Positions 1-9,786 of a stretch of DNA of 42,333 bases are shown piece by piece. The stretch is from Piedraia hortae CBS 480.64 (Eukaryota). The notes under the pieces are model-generated. The model saw nothing but the letters and a program-made list of their open reading frames with translations, ran no database searches and was not told the DNA's origin. Position 1 is the stretch's first letter; the number at the start of each line of letters is the position of its first letter. The stretch covers positions 62,001 through 104,333 of the forward strand of contig MU006009.1 in NCBI GenBank assembly GCA_010093745.1, read 5' to 3'. Made by a program: the position numbers and the translations under genes.

Positions 1-1
1 G

Positions 2-1783
2 TCTGCTGCAGGCAACCGGCGCTCGCTTGAGGTTAAGTTTAGTGCGGAAACGAAGCGTCCGCCGCTCCTGTCTTCTCCGCCACGAGCTGTCATTGATGAG
101 GGCTCCAAGATGCCCTCTTCCTACTCTACCAACGACATTCCCACATTGAGAACCATCAACGGCGACTCTTCTCATGTTGCCTCGCCCAATGGCAATGATA
201 TGAACCACGGCTCGGGTCCGACTCGGCAACAGGACATGCCTCTGTCCAAGGCCGAAGAAACCACCGCCTATTCCACCCTCCACGCCAATGCAGCTCCCTT
301 TGGTCCGATGGCCAACGGGTCTGAGGCCCCTCCCGGCTTCAACCCGTCCATGGCAATGTATGGGCAGCCAGCCTTTTACGGCGGAGGCTATGCCATGCCA
401 ATGCACATGCTGAACCAGAGCATGGGTGCGATGAATCTCAACGGCTATATGGGGCAGCCCCAGTGGAACGGAAACGGCTACGCCCCTTTCCCAGCTCCGT
501 TCAGTCCTGGCCAAGCCGCCGCGGGCGCCTCTCGGTTCGGAGACGGTGTGCGGCCGAGTACGCAACAGCGTCGACACGCCCAGGAGGAGGTATTCGCCAA
601 ATACAACACAATCAACATGGACGATCTTGCGGGTGAGGTCTACAGCCTATGCAAAGACCAGCATGGCTGCCGCTTTCTCCAGCGCAAGTTGGATGAGCGT
701 GATGACAAGGTGACGCGCATCATCTTCAATGAGGTCAAGGACCACATCATCGAGCTCATGACAGACCCTTTTGGAAACTACCTTTGCCAGAAGCTGTTGG
801 AAAGCGCCGACGACGAGCAACGCACTGCGTTGACGCAGAATGCGACGTCGGCCATGCCCCGTATCGCTCTGAACCAGCACGGCACGCGGGCTTTGCAGAA
901 GATGATTGAGGTCATCACCACGCCTGAACAGGTGCAAATGGTCATCAATGCTCTGCGATTTGATGTCGTGCAGCTGATCCAAGACCTGAATGGTAACCAC
1001 GTCATTCAAAAATGCTTGAACCATCTTTCGCCGCGCGATGCCCAGTTTATCTTTGACGCTGTTGGAGACCATTGCGTTGTTGTTGGGACGCACCGTCATG
1101 GGTGTTGCGTTCTGCAGCGGTGCATCGACCACGCTTCGGGGATGCAGAAACGCAACCTCGTTGACAAGGTCATTGCAAACGCTTATTCTCTTGTACAAGA
1201 CCCTTTTGGCAACTATGTTGTTCAATACATTTTGGATCTTTCTGAGCCAACATTTACCGAGCCGCTGTGTCGCAGCTTCCTTGGCAATGTTGCATTCTTG
1301 TCCAAGCAAAAATTCAGCTCCAATGTGGTGGAGAAGTGCATTCGATGCGCCAGCGACGAAACACGACGTGCTATTGTTCAGGAAATTGTCAATCCGGCCG
1401 AACTGAACGGCCTCTTGCGGGATTCCTTTGCCAATTACGTCGTGCAAACGGCAATGGACAGCGCGGATGAGGAAAGTAAGGCCTTGCTTATGGAGAGCGT
1501 GCGTCCAATCCTACCTGGAATCCGTCAGACCCCTTATGGCCGCCGTATCCAGAGCAAGCTCAACGAATATGATGGTCGCGCATCGGGCGCAACGGGGACG
1601 CCCGCAGAGCCCATGTCGCCAATTACAACACCCGCCAATGGCGTGGTCAACGTGCCAGGCGGTCGTGGCAATAGACAGGGATTCATTGGACCACCATTGT
1701 TTGGAACATTTGCTGGCCACGGCAACTTCATGGACGCAGCCGCGTTTGGAGCCCCCGGACCGACTTATGGCGGACCCTTTTAA
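2..1783 (+). CDS. PUF4: Pumilio/PUF RNA-binding protein, Puf4/Mpt5-like; 5' end lies outside the window
   Basis: Eight PUF repeats (KDQHGCRFLQ, DPFGNYLCQK, NQHGTRALQK, DLNGNHVIQK, HRHGCCVLQR, DPFGNYVVQY, QKFSSNVVEK, DSFANYVVQT). The frame is open from position 2 (SAAGNRRSLEVKFSAETKRPP...) into the ATG at 110, so the gene probably starts upstream of the window. Confidence 0.9.
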   Translation, partial: SAAGNRRSLEVKFSAETKRPPLLSSPPRAVIDEGSKMPSSYSTNDIPTLRTINGDSSHVASPNGNDMNHGSGPTRQQDMPLSKAEETTAYSTLHANAAPFGPMANGSEAPPGFNPSMAMYGQPAFYGGGYAMPMHMLNQSMGAMNLNGYMGQPQWNGNGYAPFPAPFSPGQAAAGASRFGDGVRPSTQQRRHAQEEVFAKYNTINMDDLAGEVYSLCKDQHGCRFLQRKLDERDDKVTRIIFNEVKDHIIELMTDPFGNYLCQKLLESADDEQRTALTQNATSAMPRIALNQHGTRALQKMIEVITTPEQVQMVINALRFDVVQLIQDLNGNHVIQKCLNHLSPRDAQFIFDAVGDHCVVVGTHRHGCCVLQRCIDHASGMQKRNLVDKVIANAYSLVQDPFGNYVVQYILDLSEPTFTEPLCRSFLGNVAFLSKQKFSSNVVEKCIRCASDETRRAIVQEIVNPAELNGLLRDSFANYVVQTAMDSADEESKALLMESVRPILPGIRQTPYGRRIQSKLNEYDGRASGATGTPAEPMSPITTPANGVVNVPGGRGNRQGFIGPPLFGTFAGHGNFMDAAAFGAPGPTYGGPF

Positions 1784-1787
1784 ACAT

Positions 1788-2099
1788 TGTACAATATTCG
1801 GCGTGACGTCGACGACGACTAAACGACGATCACGGCCATGCCGCCACGATAGATGACGCGTCCTTGTACTAAACGCCTGATGCATTTGACCTTTTTTTTT
1901 CTTCTCATTTTGGGGGTGTACAACCATCAGCATACTGGGCGTTGGTTTCCTTTGAATTGTATTCCTGATGTGTGGCGGAAAAAGGTGTGTATGTACTGTG
2001 GTTTATGTACGGTAGTTGCTCAACCAACTACCCTGTACGAGGGAAAAGGAAGGCGCAGGTCGCCCCTTGCGCTGTCTTTGTATATGATATTGTATCATA
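1788..2099 (+). promoter_or_regulatory. Cluster of 10 TGTA cores (candidate PUF-binding elements) in the putative PUF4 3' UTR
   Basis: TGTA at 1788, 1865, 1917, 1958, 1988, 1992, 2006, 2034, 2079 and 2091, including TGTACAATA, TGTACGGTA and TGTATCATA (UGUAnnnUA form). Confidence 0.55.
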
Positions 2100-2176
2100 T
2101 TGCTATCCGAACACACACCCCATGGTACTACCGAAGAAACGAAAAAAAAAAGCCCATGACCATCCCTGGTGTCATC

Positions 2177-2521
2177 CTACCCGAACAAATCCCTCGGAAG
2201 CCCCAAAACCCTGGCATCCCAACTACTCGTTCCTACAACCCTCCACTGTGCCCCCACAGCCGCGAGAAACAATTCCCTATCATCATGAAAAACCCTTAGG
2301 AAAATATCCTTGTCGTTTTCCGTCCCCCGATCAGACCCCGAATCGAGAATATCGAAATGGATCGATTCCCCGTGTAGACCCAAAAAGCGACGCAGTGAGG
2401 ATGTGATTTTAAGAGAGATTGTTGTTTTATCTTCTTCTTCTTCCGAGGTGGTGGGAGGGTAGGGGCGTAGACGGATGTAAGTCCATTGGGGGGAGAATGT
2501 ACTATTTGTTGAGGGGGGCAT
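2177..2521 (-). CDS. POP8: RNase P/MRP subunit Pop8-like protein (114 aa)
   Basis: ATG at 2521: MPPSTNSTFSPQWTYIRLRP...ITSSLRRFLGLHGESIHFDILD...IFLRVFHDDRELFLAAV..WRVVGTSSW. This fits the fungal Pop8 pattern (W-T-Y-x-x-L; L-x-x-F-L-G-x-x-G-x-x-I-x-x-D-I-L; R-V-x-x-x-D). Confidence 0.7.
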   Translation of the reverse strand: MPPSTNSTFSPQWTYIRLRPYPPTTSEEEEDKTTISLKITSSLRRFLGLHGESIHFDILDSGSDRGTENDKDIFLRVFHDDRELFLAAVGAQWRVVGTSSWDARVLGLPRDLFG

Positions 2522-2685
2522 GATTAACGATTTTATGTGGGTGGCTGCTGTGGACGAAATTATTTTGGTGATCTGCAAAAGGATGGCATACGGAACGGCC
2601 CGTTCGACAGTACAGCATTTCCTGGCTATCTGAGGTACAATTGATTCTACAGTTTGTGTGTCCCTGTGGGGGAGCACATTAGACA

Positions 2686-5197
2686 TTAAGAGGTTGGTCC
2701 GGTGGACAGAGTGTCGGTCTGCTGCGACGGAGAGTCGGTGGTAGGCAATGTGGTCGTCTTGACGGCATCGAGCGGGCGATGGCTTAGGGAAAATACGGCA
2801 ACGGAGGAGTCGTTTGCTTTTGCATCTGCATCTGCAGCGGGTGGCGGTGGCGGCGGGGGAGGTGGCGGTGAGGAACCGGAACCCGCCTTCGTCTCGTCCG
2901 GCGTCTGTTCCGCTGAGTCGGTTCGCGCTTTTTTGAAGGCCGCGCCGCTCGTATCGCCTTCGCTCTCATGTCTCCGCTTCGTCTCAGATCCTTCCCTCTT
3001 CTTCCTCTGCTCTGCCTCTTCCTTCTTCACAACCGCCTTGTCGAAGAAGATTTGCGCGTGCTTTTTGACTGATTTGGCTTGCTTCTCTGAAATCTTGGTC
3101 GGGTCTTTGACGATGCCTTTGCGGAAATCAGACTCGACCATCTGCTTTGCAAACTCCTTGGCCCATCGTTTTAAATCCTCTTTGGGGAGCTTGTGCTTGT
3201 ACCTGCTGACGACATGCATGAGATGTGGTTGCAGCGTGCTTTCGTACAGCTTCTTTTGCTTTTCTACCGAGAGGGATCGCCATTTCTCGTCCTTTTTCTG
3301 CGGCGTTGCACTCACGGGTTCAGTCCTTTCCGCCGCATTCGCGGTGCTTGACTCTACAATATTATCGAGGAGTTCCTGGAGCATTCGCTGGTCGTCCATG
3401 GCCGAAATCCGACGTGTGTCCGTTGCCGGTGCCGTGGGACGCCGCCATGTCGTTGTGCCCATAGAGTCATAGTAATAGACGTTGCCATTAGCTGCCACCG
3501 CCTGAAACCAACCTTGAGGTAAGCGCGCTGGCGGCGGACGGTGGCTGCGGGGCGGACGGGGCTTTGGACGAGGTGTTGGGAGTGGTGGAGCTCCCTCCGG
3601 AGAAGACCTGATCCTCTCTCTTTCGCGCGATCTTGACCTCGAACGCTGACGCCGGTCTGATTTCTCAACCTTCTTGCCTGCATTGACGGTGCGTTTCATT
3701 CTCGGAATGCGGTACGCCATCTCCAGCTTACTCCACTCCTCCAGTAGCTTCTGCGCACGAGAAGCGACTCTCTCGTCTTCGTTGTCCTTGATCAGAGTCA
3801 CAGTCTCCTCAATCTTCGAGTCTTGAATTTTGTTTCGTGTGAGGCGCGGTAACTTCTCCAACACATCGAGCACCTGCAGGCAGATGTTGATGTCTTCTTG
3901 GAAGTTCGACAGGGCAGTCTTAAGCACGCGGTAGCCGTGGAATCGCACAACACGATTGCGCACTTTCTCATCTTCTGCACGTTGGATACGCGTCAGAAGC
4001 TTGACGGCGATCCATTTCTCCTTGCATTGCATCAGCGAAGACATGACCTTGTTGACACCGTCTTCGTCTAGGCCCTTGGGTTCGACGTTGTTGACGTATT
4101 CCTCGTCGTCTTCGCCGGTCTTGCGTTTGCGCGGCTTCCGTGCTACAGCCGTGTCCCAGCTTTCTGCATCCTCGATGCCCAGGGCTTCAATGACCGTGTT
4201 GGACAGCTTCGTGCCGCGCTCCGTCTGCGTCTTCCCGCCAATGTAGCCTGTGCAGTTGGCTTCACCACAATAACACGGCTGCGGATCGGCCCCGTAGCGG
4301 TCGACATTATAGTTGAAGACAAGTTCCTCGCCGGCTTCAATCCTACGCCCGGCAAATATTCCCATGCGCAGTTTATCTCCGACAACCCACTTGTCGACAT
4401 AACAGTTGGGATTACACGAGTGATTGCAGAAGCGGCCGAGGTTGCCTTTGCGAGTTGCATCAACAAATTCTCCCTTGCATAGCGACATGAAGTAGAAATG
4501 CTTGATGCCTTCCTGGTCGTACAGCTGCATCCGGCGGCGGAAGGCTCCCTCGCCAATGACCTCGCCCAGATATTCAAAGATGAAATCATTAGGCTTGAGG
4601 TTCGTATCAGCGCGGAGACCGTAGCCTTTCTTCTTCGTTTTGATTACCGATACCTGCGCGTATTGCTTCCGGAGAAAGCGTTGGTTCTGGCACGCTGCAC
4701 CACACCCGCAGTCAGCAAGACACTCCATCTTGGTGGCTCGGTTGATACAGTCCGAGTCTTCCCCACAAGCATGGTTAGTTTCACTGGCGCCATCTGTGCT
4801 GATTAGCAGACTCTATGGCTCCGTTGTTGCTCAACATACCCCATTCTTCCGAGCAATCGCACTCTAGCGCCGACTCGGTTGTGCCCAGATACTTTGCAGC
4901 ATATGTGCATTCGGCTATCACCCCAAACGATTGACGTGCTTCGTCGGTTTTGTCCTCATAGTCTAGGAACAGAGCCGGCGCCCTCTTCTCAACCCGATGG
5001 GACGTTGTTCGTGCCAGCTTGGGCGGCTTCCCCGGCTCCAGTTTCAGCGTGACTTCGCCGCCGACCGTCTCTCCGTTCTCATCTTCGCCCTTGACATTGG
5101 GCGACTCCCCTACAGGCGTTGCATTGCGCGTGGATGCTGCGCTGGCCGACGCTGAATGTGTACGCCTACAGCCGCCTCCTTCGGGCGACCAAGCCAT
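2686..5197 (-). CDS. SET2: Histone H3K36 methyltransferase Set2; exons 5197-4840 and 4793-2686
   Basis: AWS, SET and post-SET domains ([31 protein letters not shown]), WW domain (LPQGW...YYY...TTTWRRP) and C-terminal SRI region. A 46-bp intron at 4794-4839 (GTATGT...GCTAATC..CAG) joins CDCSEEW to [25 protein letters not shown]. The start codon is uncertain (another in-frame ATG at 5287). Confidence 0.93.
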
Positions 5198-6731
5198 GAT
5201 ATCGCCGTTGCTACAATCAGAGTGCGGGCTTGTTTTATGCGGCTTGCCTTGCTTGAGCCCCGCACTTGTTGTGATTGGAGTGTACATGGCAGAAGTGATT
5301 GATTGTTCGAATTTGTGTGTGGGGAGACTGTTGAAAGTGCACAAGTTGAACGCCTGGGAAAGCGCAAAGCGTTGACAGGCCCAAAGGCACTCAAAATGAT
5401 GCTACCACACGCGTCCGAGGCACTACCATGCCATCTCGGGGCTTCCTACCAGTAAGATCTAGGGATCGCACCGTCACCTGGCGCATGAAAAGAGGACGAG
5501 GGCGTCCCAACCTTGCGAAGAACAATGATTGCTCCGACAGCCGAGAAATGTGATATTAAGCTACGGGAGTAGACGTCGACACGCGTGCTTCAGTTCCACG
5601 GCACTCAGAAGCCGACTCTAGCGCCGCCGTGGGTGGAGAGGCCGATGCGGACCGAGGGTGGTCGAGCGTGGTGCGGTATGGCAGGAGTTCCAAATGCCAA
5701 GCCTGAGCCGGGTCATCCTCGGCTATCTTATAAGAGTAGCGCTTTCTCCGTCCAGAGGTGCGCGCCCTCCGCTCGTTTGTTAATCGTTCAGTACATGAAA
5801 GTACGGCTGCTGTCTCCTTCCTTCTCTTCCTTTTAGATGGCTCTCAGCAGCGCGCCTTCCCCTTTGTCCGGACGCCCGTTAAAAGTGGCTCTGTAACAAC
5901 AAAAACGCTCGAGTTAGCGCTGACACCTGGCCATTCCACCGTTAATACTTTTTTATGCCTTTTTAATTCTCATTCGTGCACACTTCTTTGTTCAGCATAG
6001 ACAGAGAGGCTGGCAGCGGCCCCAAGATTGGAGATGGAATATTATGCAGACTCCAAGAGGGACATGCTTGCCAGTCTACTCTTCAACGACAGCAAATGCA
6101 GCGCTTCCCCCTCTGCCCGGCCCAATGGCGGGAAAGAAAAAAGCCATGCGGGTGTTTCGGAGCCGGCGTGCGATTGCCGATAAACAGCCGGGCGGTTCAT
6201 CCCGTTTCTTGGCCCCAACGTCACAGCGGTTGAAAGTCTTTCCAAGATGGAAGGAACTACTGTTTGTACCACCAAGCCGGCAAAGCTTGCATTGGTAGAA
6301 TCCAGTCCTATATTCGGCCTAGAGTCTGTACAATATGCTTAGCCGCCTCTGTCGCCGTCACACAATTCTGCCCAAGCTCCCCGACCGATGCAGCTAAGCT
6401 GCACATTGCATGCAGGAGTTAGGCACATGGCGGATGTAGAGATACCGCTGCTATCATTGTTCCGCGTCTGCTCTTCATTCTCCGTTCTCTGCCACTCGTT
6501 TTTGGTGTTTTGCCCGCCTGGCCAGTCTCACCGGGCTGCCAGTTCCTTTTTATTGTTGTTTCCGGTTTGACCCACTAATTATCGCTCTGTGTCTGTCCCT
6601 CGCTCGACGAATTGATCGAGACGAAAAAAAATTCCTGCAGCTAAACAGGCGTCTCAGACGGGCTGCTTGGGGTTCCATCGTTCAACTCCCCTAGCCAGCT
6701 TTGGTCAGATTTTAGTGCTCCTCGATAGATA

Positions 6732-7768
6732 ATGGGTGATCCCAGCCCTTGGACGAACCATGAGAAGGTGTGTCAACTTGGCAGCAGTGCCAAAAACAAC
6801 TGCCTTCGGCCTGTTTACTCACTACGACTTGACAGAACGAACTGCTTGCAGAAATCATCAAAGTTTCGGAACCTCACCCAACAAAACTGTTCGATTTCAT
6901 AGTATATCATCAAATTCAGCCACGGTGGCCAGACACGCCGCTGCCGAGAGGTTGGTGTCATTTTTCCTGTCGCAGTGCCTAACTAAATAGCAGCACAGGC
7001 CGAACCCTTTATCAATGCCAAACTATTTACGACGAATTTGTACGAAGGTTTCCAGGAACAGCACCTTCACACGTCCATGCTGCGCCATATCAAGGATGGG
7101 TGCCTTCCAATCCCTACAAATTTCCAGGACATGCAGACCCATCCTTGTCTGGTGGTAGAGAGATTCGTCCTAAACCGCTGCCTCCCCAACATACACCGCC
7201 TCTGGCAAGTGAACCACTCAATAAACGCAAAAGAGGAAGGCCAACCAAGCTGGAGGCCCAGGCTAAGGCAAGCGTTGCCGAGGCTGCTGCGGCTGCGGCT
7301 GCGGCTGCAGCTGCACAAGAACAATCCTTAACGACGTTGCATTCCCAACCTCGCTCTGGCTACATGGCCTCGCAATCAAGCTCACTTTACGCTCCATCGG
7401 CTGCTGTTGCTGGTGGGCCTGCAGTGCGTTCGCCGTCGGCCTCGAAAATGCCGATATCCGCAGTCCTTACACCACAGCCTTCTGACTTGAGTGTGGATCA
7501 TGGTTCCCCAAGTGGAAAGCGACGTCGTACTAGATTTTCCAGATCAAGCCCGGAGGGCAGCTTAAGAAGCCACCGACCTGGAGGCAGTTCGACCTACCAA
7601 TCACCATACGTAGACGAGGAAGCTGAAGTCGTCGTTAAGCCGGCCTCTGCGCTTGGCATAATACAAAGTGATAGAGGCGCCTCGCAAAAAAAACCCGAGA
7701 CACAGTCAACGGAGCCTCACGAACCAGAGCCGCCGCCGGATCCTTTGACACAGCATTCAAGCTTCTAG
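6732..7768 (+). CDS. AT-hook-containing hypothetical nuclear protein; exons 6732-6767, 6836-6950 and 6999-7768
   Basis: Two GT-AG introns (6768-6835 and 6951-6998, the second with CTAAC) give a continuous frame: MGDPSPWTNHEK/NELLAEIIKVSEPHPTKLFDFIVYHQIQPRWPDTPLPR/GRTLYQCQ... It is followed by the AT-hook KRKRGRPTK and a poly-Ala tract. Confidence 0.75.
7283..7315 (+). repeat. GCT/GCG/GCA repeat encoding 11 Ala
   Basis: gctgctgcggctgcggctgcggctgcagctgca inside the AT-hook gene. Confidence 0.8.
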
Positions 7769-8049
7769 TTTGGCTTATTACACTTCTTTTATCGTGGTTC
7801 ACAATCGAACCATGCACACGACCAGTGTGGCATTCTCTCATTACATCCAATGTCTTCATTTGGAGAAATCTCGACCTTGTGAAGAGGAGCTTTGGTTCGC
7901 GTTGCAAGTGATGTGGTCTATAGTGTGTAGTTACCCTAGTTGTAATTAAAGGAATCTCTTACCCTATTCTAAAGGTATGAAGAACTAAATTACAACCAGT
8001 GGATTTCGGCATCTGATATAAGAGCAGCTTCTTCTGATACCCCCCCTCA

Positions 8050-8688
8050 TCAGTCCGGTTTATGGAATCCGCCAACGCGTGGTGTAGGCTTCCTGACAGA
8101 TCCAGACCCTGAGCTCCTTGCTCCAGCCGCCCTTGACCCAAATGACGAGGGCTTACCAGGAATATTGGACAAAATTCTGCGTCTAGAGGCGCTCGAATTG
8201 CTTCCAGCCACACTGCCCTTGGTTAACCGTCTAACGCCTAACGCTGTTTTGCGGCCGCTCCCGCTCCCGGTTTGGGCCTGTTTCTTCTCTGGTGACTCGC
8301 GCTTTGCTTCATTGGCCGCGTCGGCAGCATCATAGACAAATGCCGTGACCACCATTTTCTCACCGTAATCCTTTGCGTGGATGTCGCTGATATACACTTT
8401 ATTGACATCATTTTTCCGTTCCAGCGCAGTGTTTTTGCCCGGTGTAGCCTTCTTGGTCATAGTGACATAATGTTTGAGTAGATTTTCGGCAGTCTGAGCC
8501 GCAAATGGGAGGGTTTTCATGGCCTGTTTGTTGTAATAGTAAGCGCTCGTTTGCCATTGTTGCGCACAGATTACGGTTCGCCATGGCTTGATAACGCTGT
8601 TTGGCGATTTGAAAAGATTTTCATTCAATGGAGCGAGAGAAACAGCGCGTTGCTGAGTGGCCACCGCCGCTCTTTGCACAGAGGCCAT
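8050..8688 (-). CDS. rps3: Mitochondrial ribosomal protein uS3m (rps3/VAR1/S5), N-terminal half, nuclear-encoded (212 aa)
   Basis: QQWQTSAYYYNKQAMKTLPFAAQTAENLLKHY...NKVYISDIHAKDYGEKMVVTAFVYD matches the fungal mt-Rps3 N-terminal motifs (approx. EWxNSIYxYNKNxxKxLP..NxLIKSY; NKIFVSKAExKHTxxKVIITLYxYN). Preceded by a presequence-like MASVQRAAVATQQRAVSLAP and followed by a Gly/Ser/Arg-rich tail. No introns. Confidence 0.75.
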   Translation of the reverse strand: MASVQRAAVATQQRAVSLAPLNENLFKSPNSVIKPWRTVICAQQWQTSAYYYNKQAMKTLPFAAQTAENLLKHYVTMTKKATPGKNTALERKNDVNKVYISDIHAKDYGEKMVVTAFVYDAADAANEAKRESPEKKQAQTGSGSGRKTALGVRRLTKGSVAGSNSSASRRRILSNIPGKPSSFGSRAAGARSSGSGSVRKPTPRVGGFHKPD

Positions 8689-8828
8689 GGCGGTTTGCGA
8701 CTGCAGTGAACCTTCGGAGCTCGGGGGTGAGGTCGAGGGTAACGGGATCGTTCCGTTATGCCGTGTAAAATCACCCGCCCGTAATCGACATGATATTAAC
8801 TGCGCGCTGCCATCCAACTCATTGCTCT
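8689..8828. promoter_or_regulatory. Putative bidirectional promoter between the two rps3 half-genes
   Basis: 140 bp separate the two divergent ATGs (8688 on -, 8829 on +). Inferred from geometry only. Confidence 0.45.
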
Positions 8829-9425
8829 ATGTCTACCAACATTCGGAAGGCTGCGGCGGCATCTGTCGACCTCCTTGATCCTGCGCGCAAACAGGGTATC
8901 CAGTCGCTTTTGTCAAAAGTCTACAATAAACCTGTCGAGCTCCGATTAGTCAAACACTCCCGACCTCATCTCGATGGCGATATTCTTGCCGGCGTGGTTG
9001 CGCAACAACTACAGGATATGAGAGCAGTGCCGCGTCGGATCGTCCGAGATGCTGCATGGAAAATGAAGCTGCCCAGCAAACCAAGCATTACCAACATGAC
9101 CCAAGCTCGATTTCGACCGGGAACTGTGGTATCCTCACAACAGCTTCAGAACAGCAGCACACCCGCAACTACCAGCGAGATTATGAAGAGCCTCCGGCTG
9201 CGTCAAGTCACATCAGTCCGCATCTCTGCCGCGGGCCGTCTAAGCTCCCGTCTCACGGCCGACAGGTCTCAGAAAAAGGAAGCCCAACGTGGTCCAAAGG
9301 CTGCTCTGCCTGGGCATGGCCAGATGGTGCGAGGCTACATCAATTCGCTTCGAACATTCTCCAAACGCGCAGGCAAGAGACGAATCGGTGGATACGGAGT
9401 GAAGGTTTCTTTGGGACACAGATAA
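8829..9425 (+). CDS. rps3: Mitochondrial ribosomal protein uS3m (rps3/VAR1/S5), C-terminal half, nuclear-encoded (198 aa; alternative ATG at 8790)
   Basis: LLSKVYNKPVELRLVKHSRPHLDGDILA...SVRISAAGRLSSRLTADRS...MVRGYINS...KRRIGGYGVKVSL matches the uS3m C-terminal domain (approx. LSKIYNKKVEFNIVNLKYxHLNSDI; GIRLEAxGRLTxRxTASRS; LRGxxKSN; KRRIGAFGVKGWI). Confidence 0.82.
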   Translation: MSTNIRKAAAASVDLLDPARKQGIQSLLSKVYNKPVELRLVKHSRPHLDGDILAGVVAQQLQDMRAVPRRIVRDAAWKMKLPSKPSITNMTQARFRPGTVVSSQQLQNSSTPATTSEIMKSLRLRQVTSVRISAAGRLSSRLTADRSQKKEAQRGPKAALPGHGQMVRGYINSLRTFSKRAGKRRIGGYGVKVSLGHR

Positions 9426-9786
9426 CAAAAATGCAGTATATTGGGAGCGGCTTTGCGTCCAAGATCTGGTGTTCTGGCTGTAAGTTACTATCATACTACA
9501 TATCAATACGATCTCCAACAGACGGCTCAATTGTCGTGTTAAGGTACGCTAAATGTCACATGTCACATCTGACGTTGGTAAGACGGCGCGGGCCGCCCGG
9601 AAGTGCAGCTTTCCGCCAGAAAAGTGCAGCTTCATCCAGCGTAACTTCTTCCTTCCATCAAACTCCCTTTCCCGTCTTGTCATCTTTTGTGTGTTACGTA
9701 TTGTCTCATTCACTTGTGAAAAATCTCCTGGTTTGCTTTGCCGTTAATTTGCTTTACGCGCTCTGGAGCGCTTTCAGCAGACAACC

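Noticed and set aside
647..1447. Long antisense ORFs (also 2702-3472, 10939-11811, 11953-12726, 17883-18689, 36262-36927)
   Set aside because: Shadow frames opposite better-supported genes, with no recognisable motifs.
1853..2406. Plus-strand ORFs 1853-2299 and 1972-2406
   Set aside because: They span the PUF4 3' UTR and the antisense of POP8 and have no family features.
8050..9425. Recent mitochondrial DNA insertion (NUMT) as the explanation of the rps3-like ORFs
   Set aside because: The sequence is not AT-rich, both frames are intact in the standard code with TGG for Trp, the halves are on opposite strands, and no flanking mtDNA (rnl, intron) is visible.
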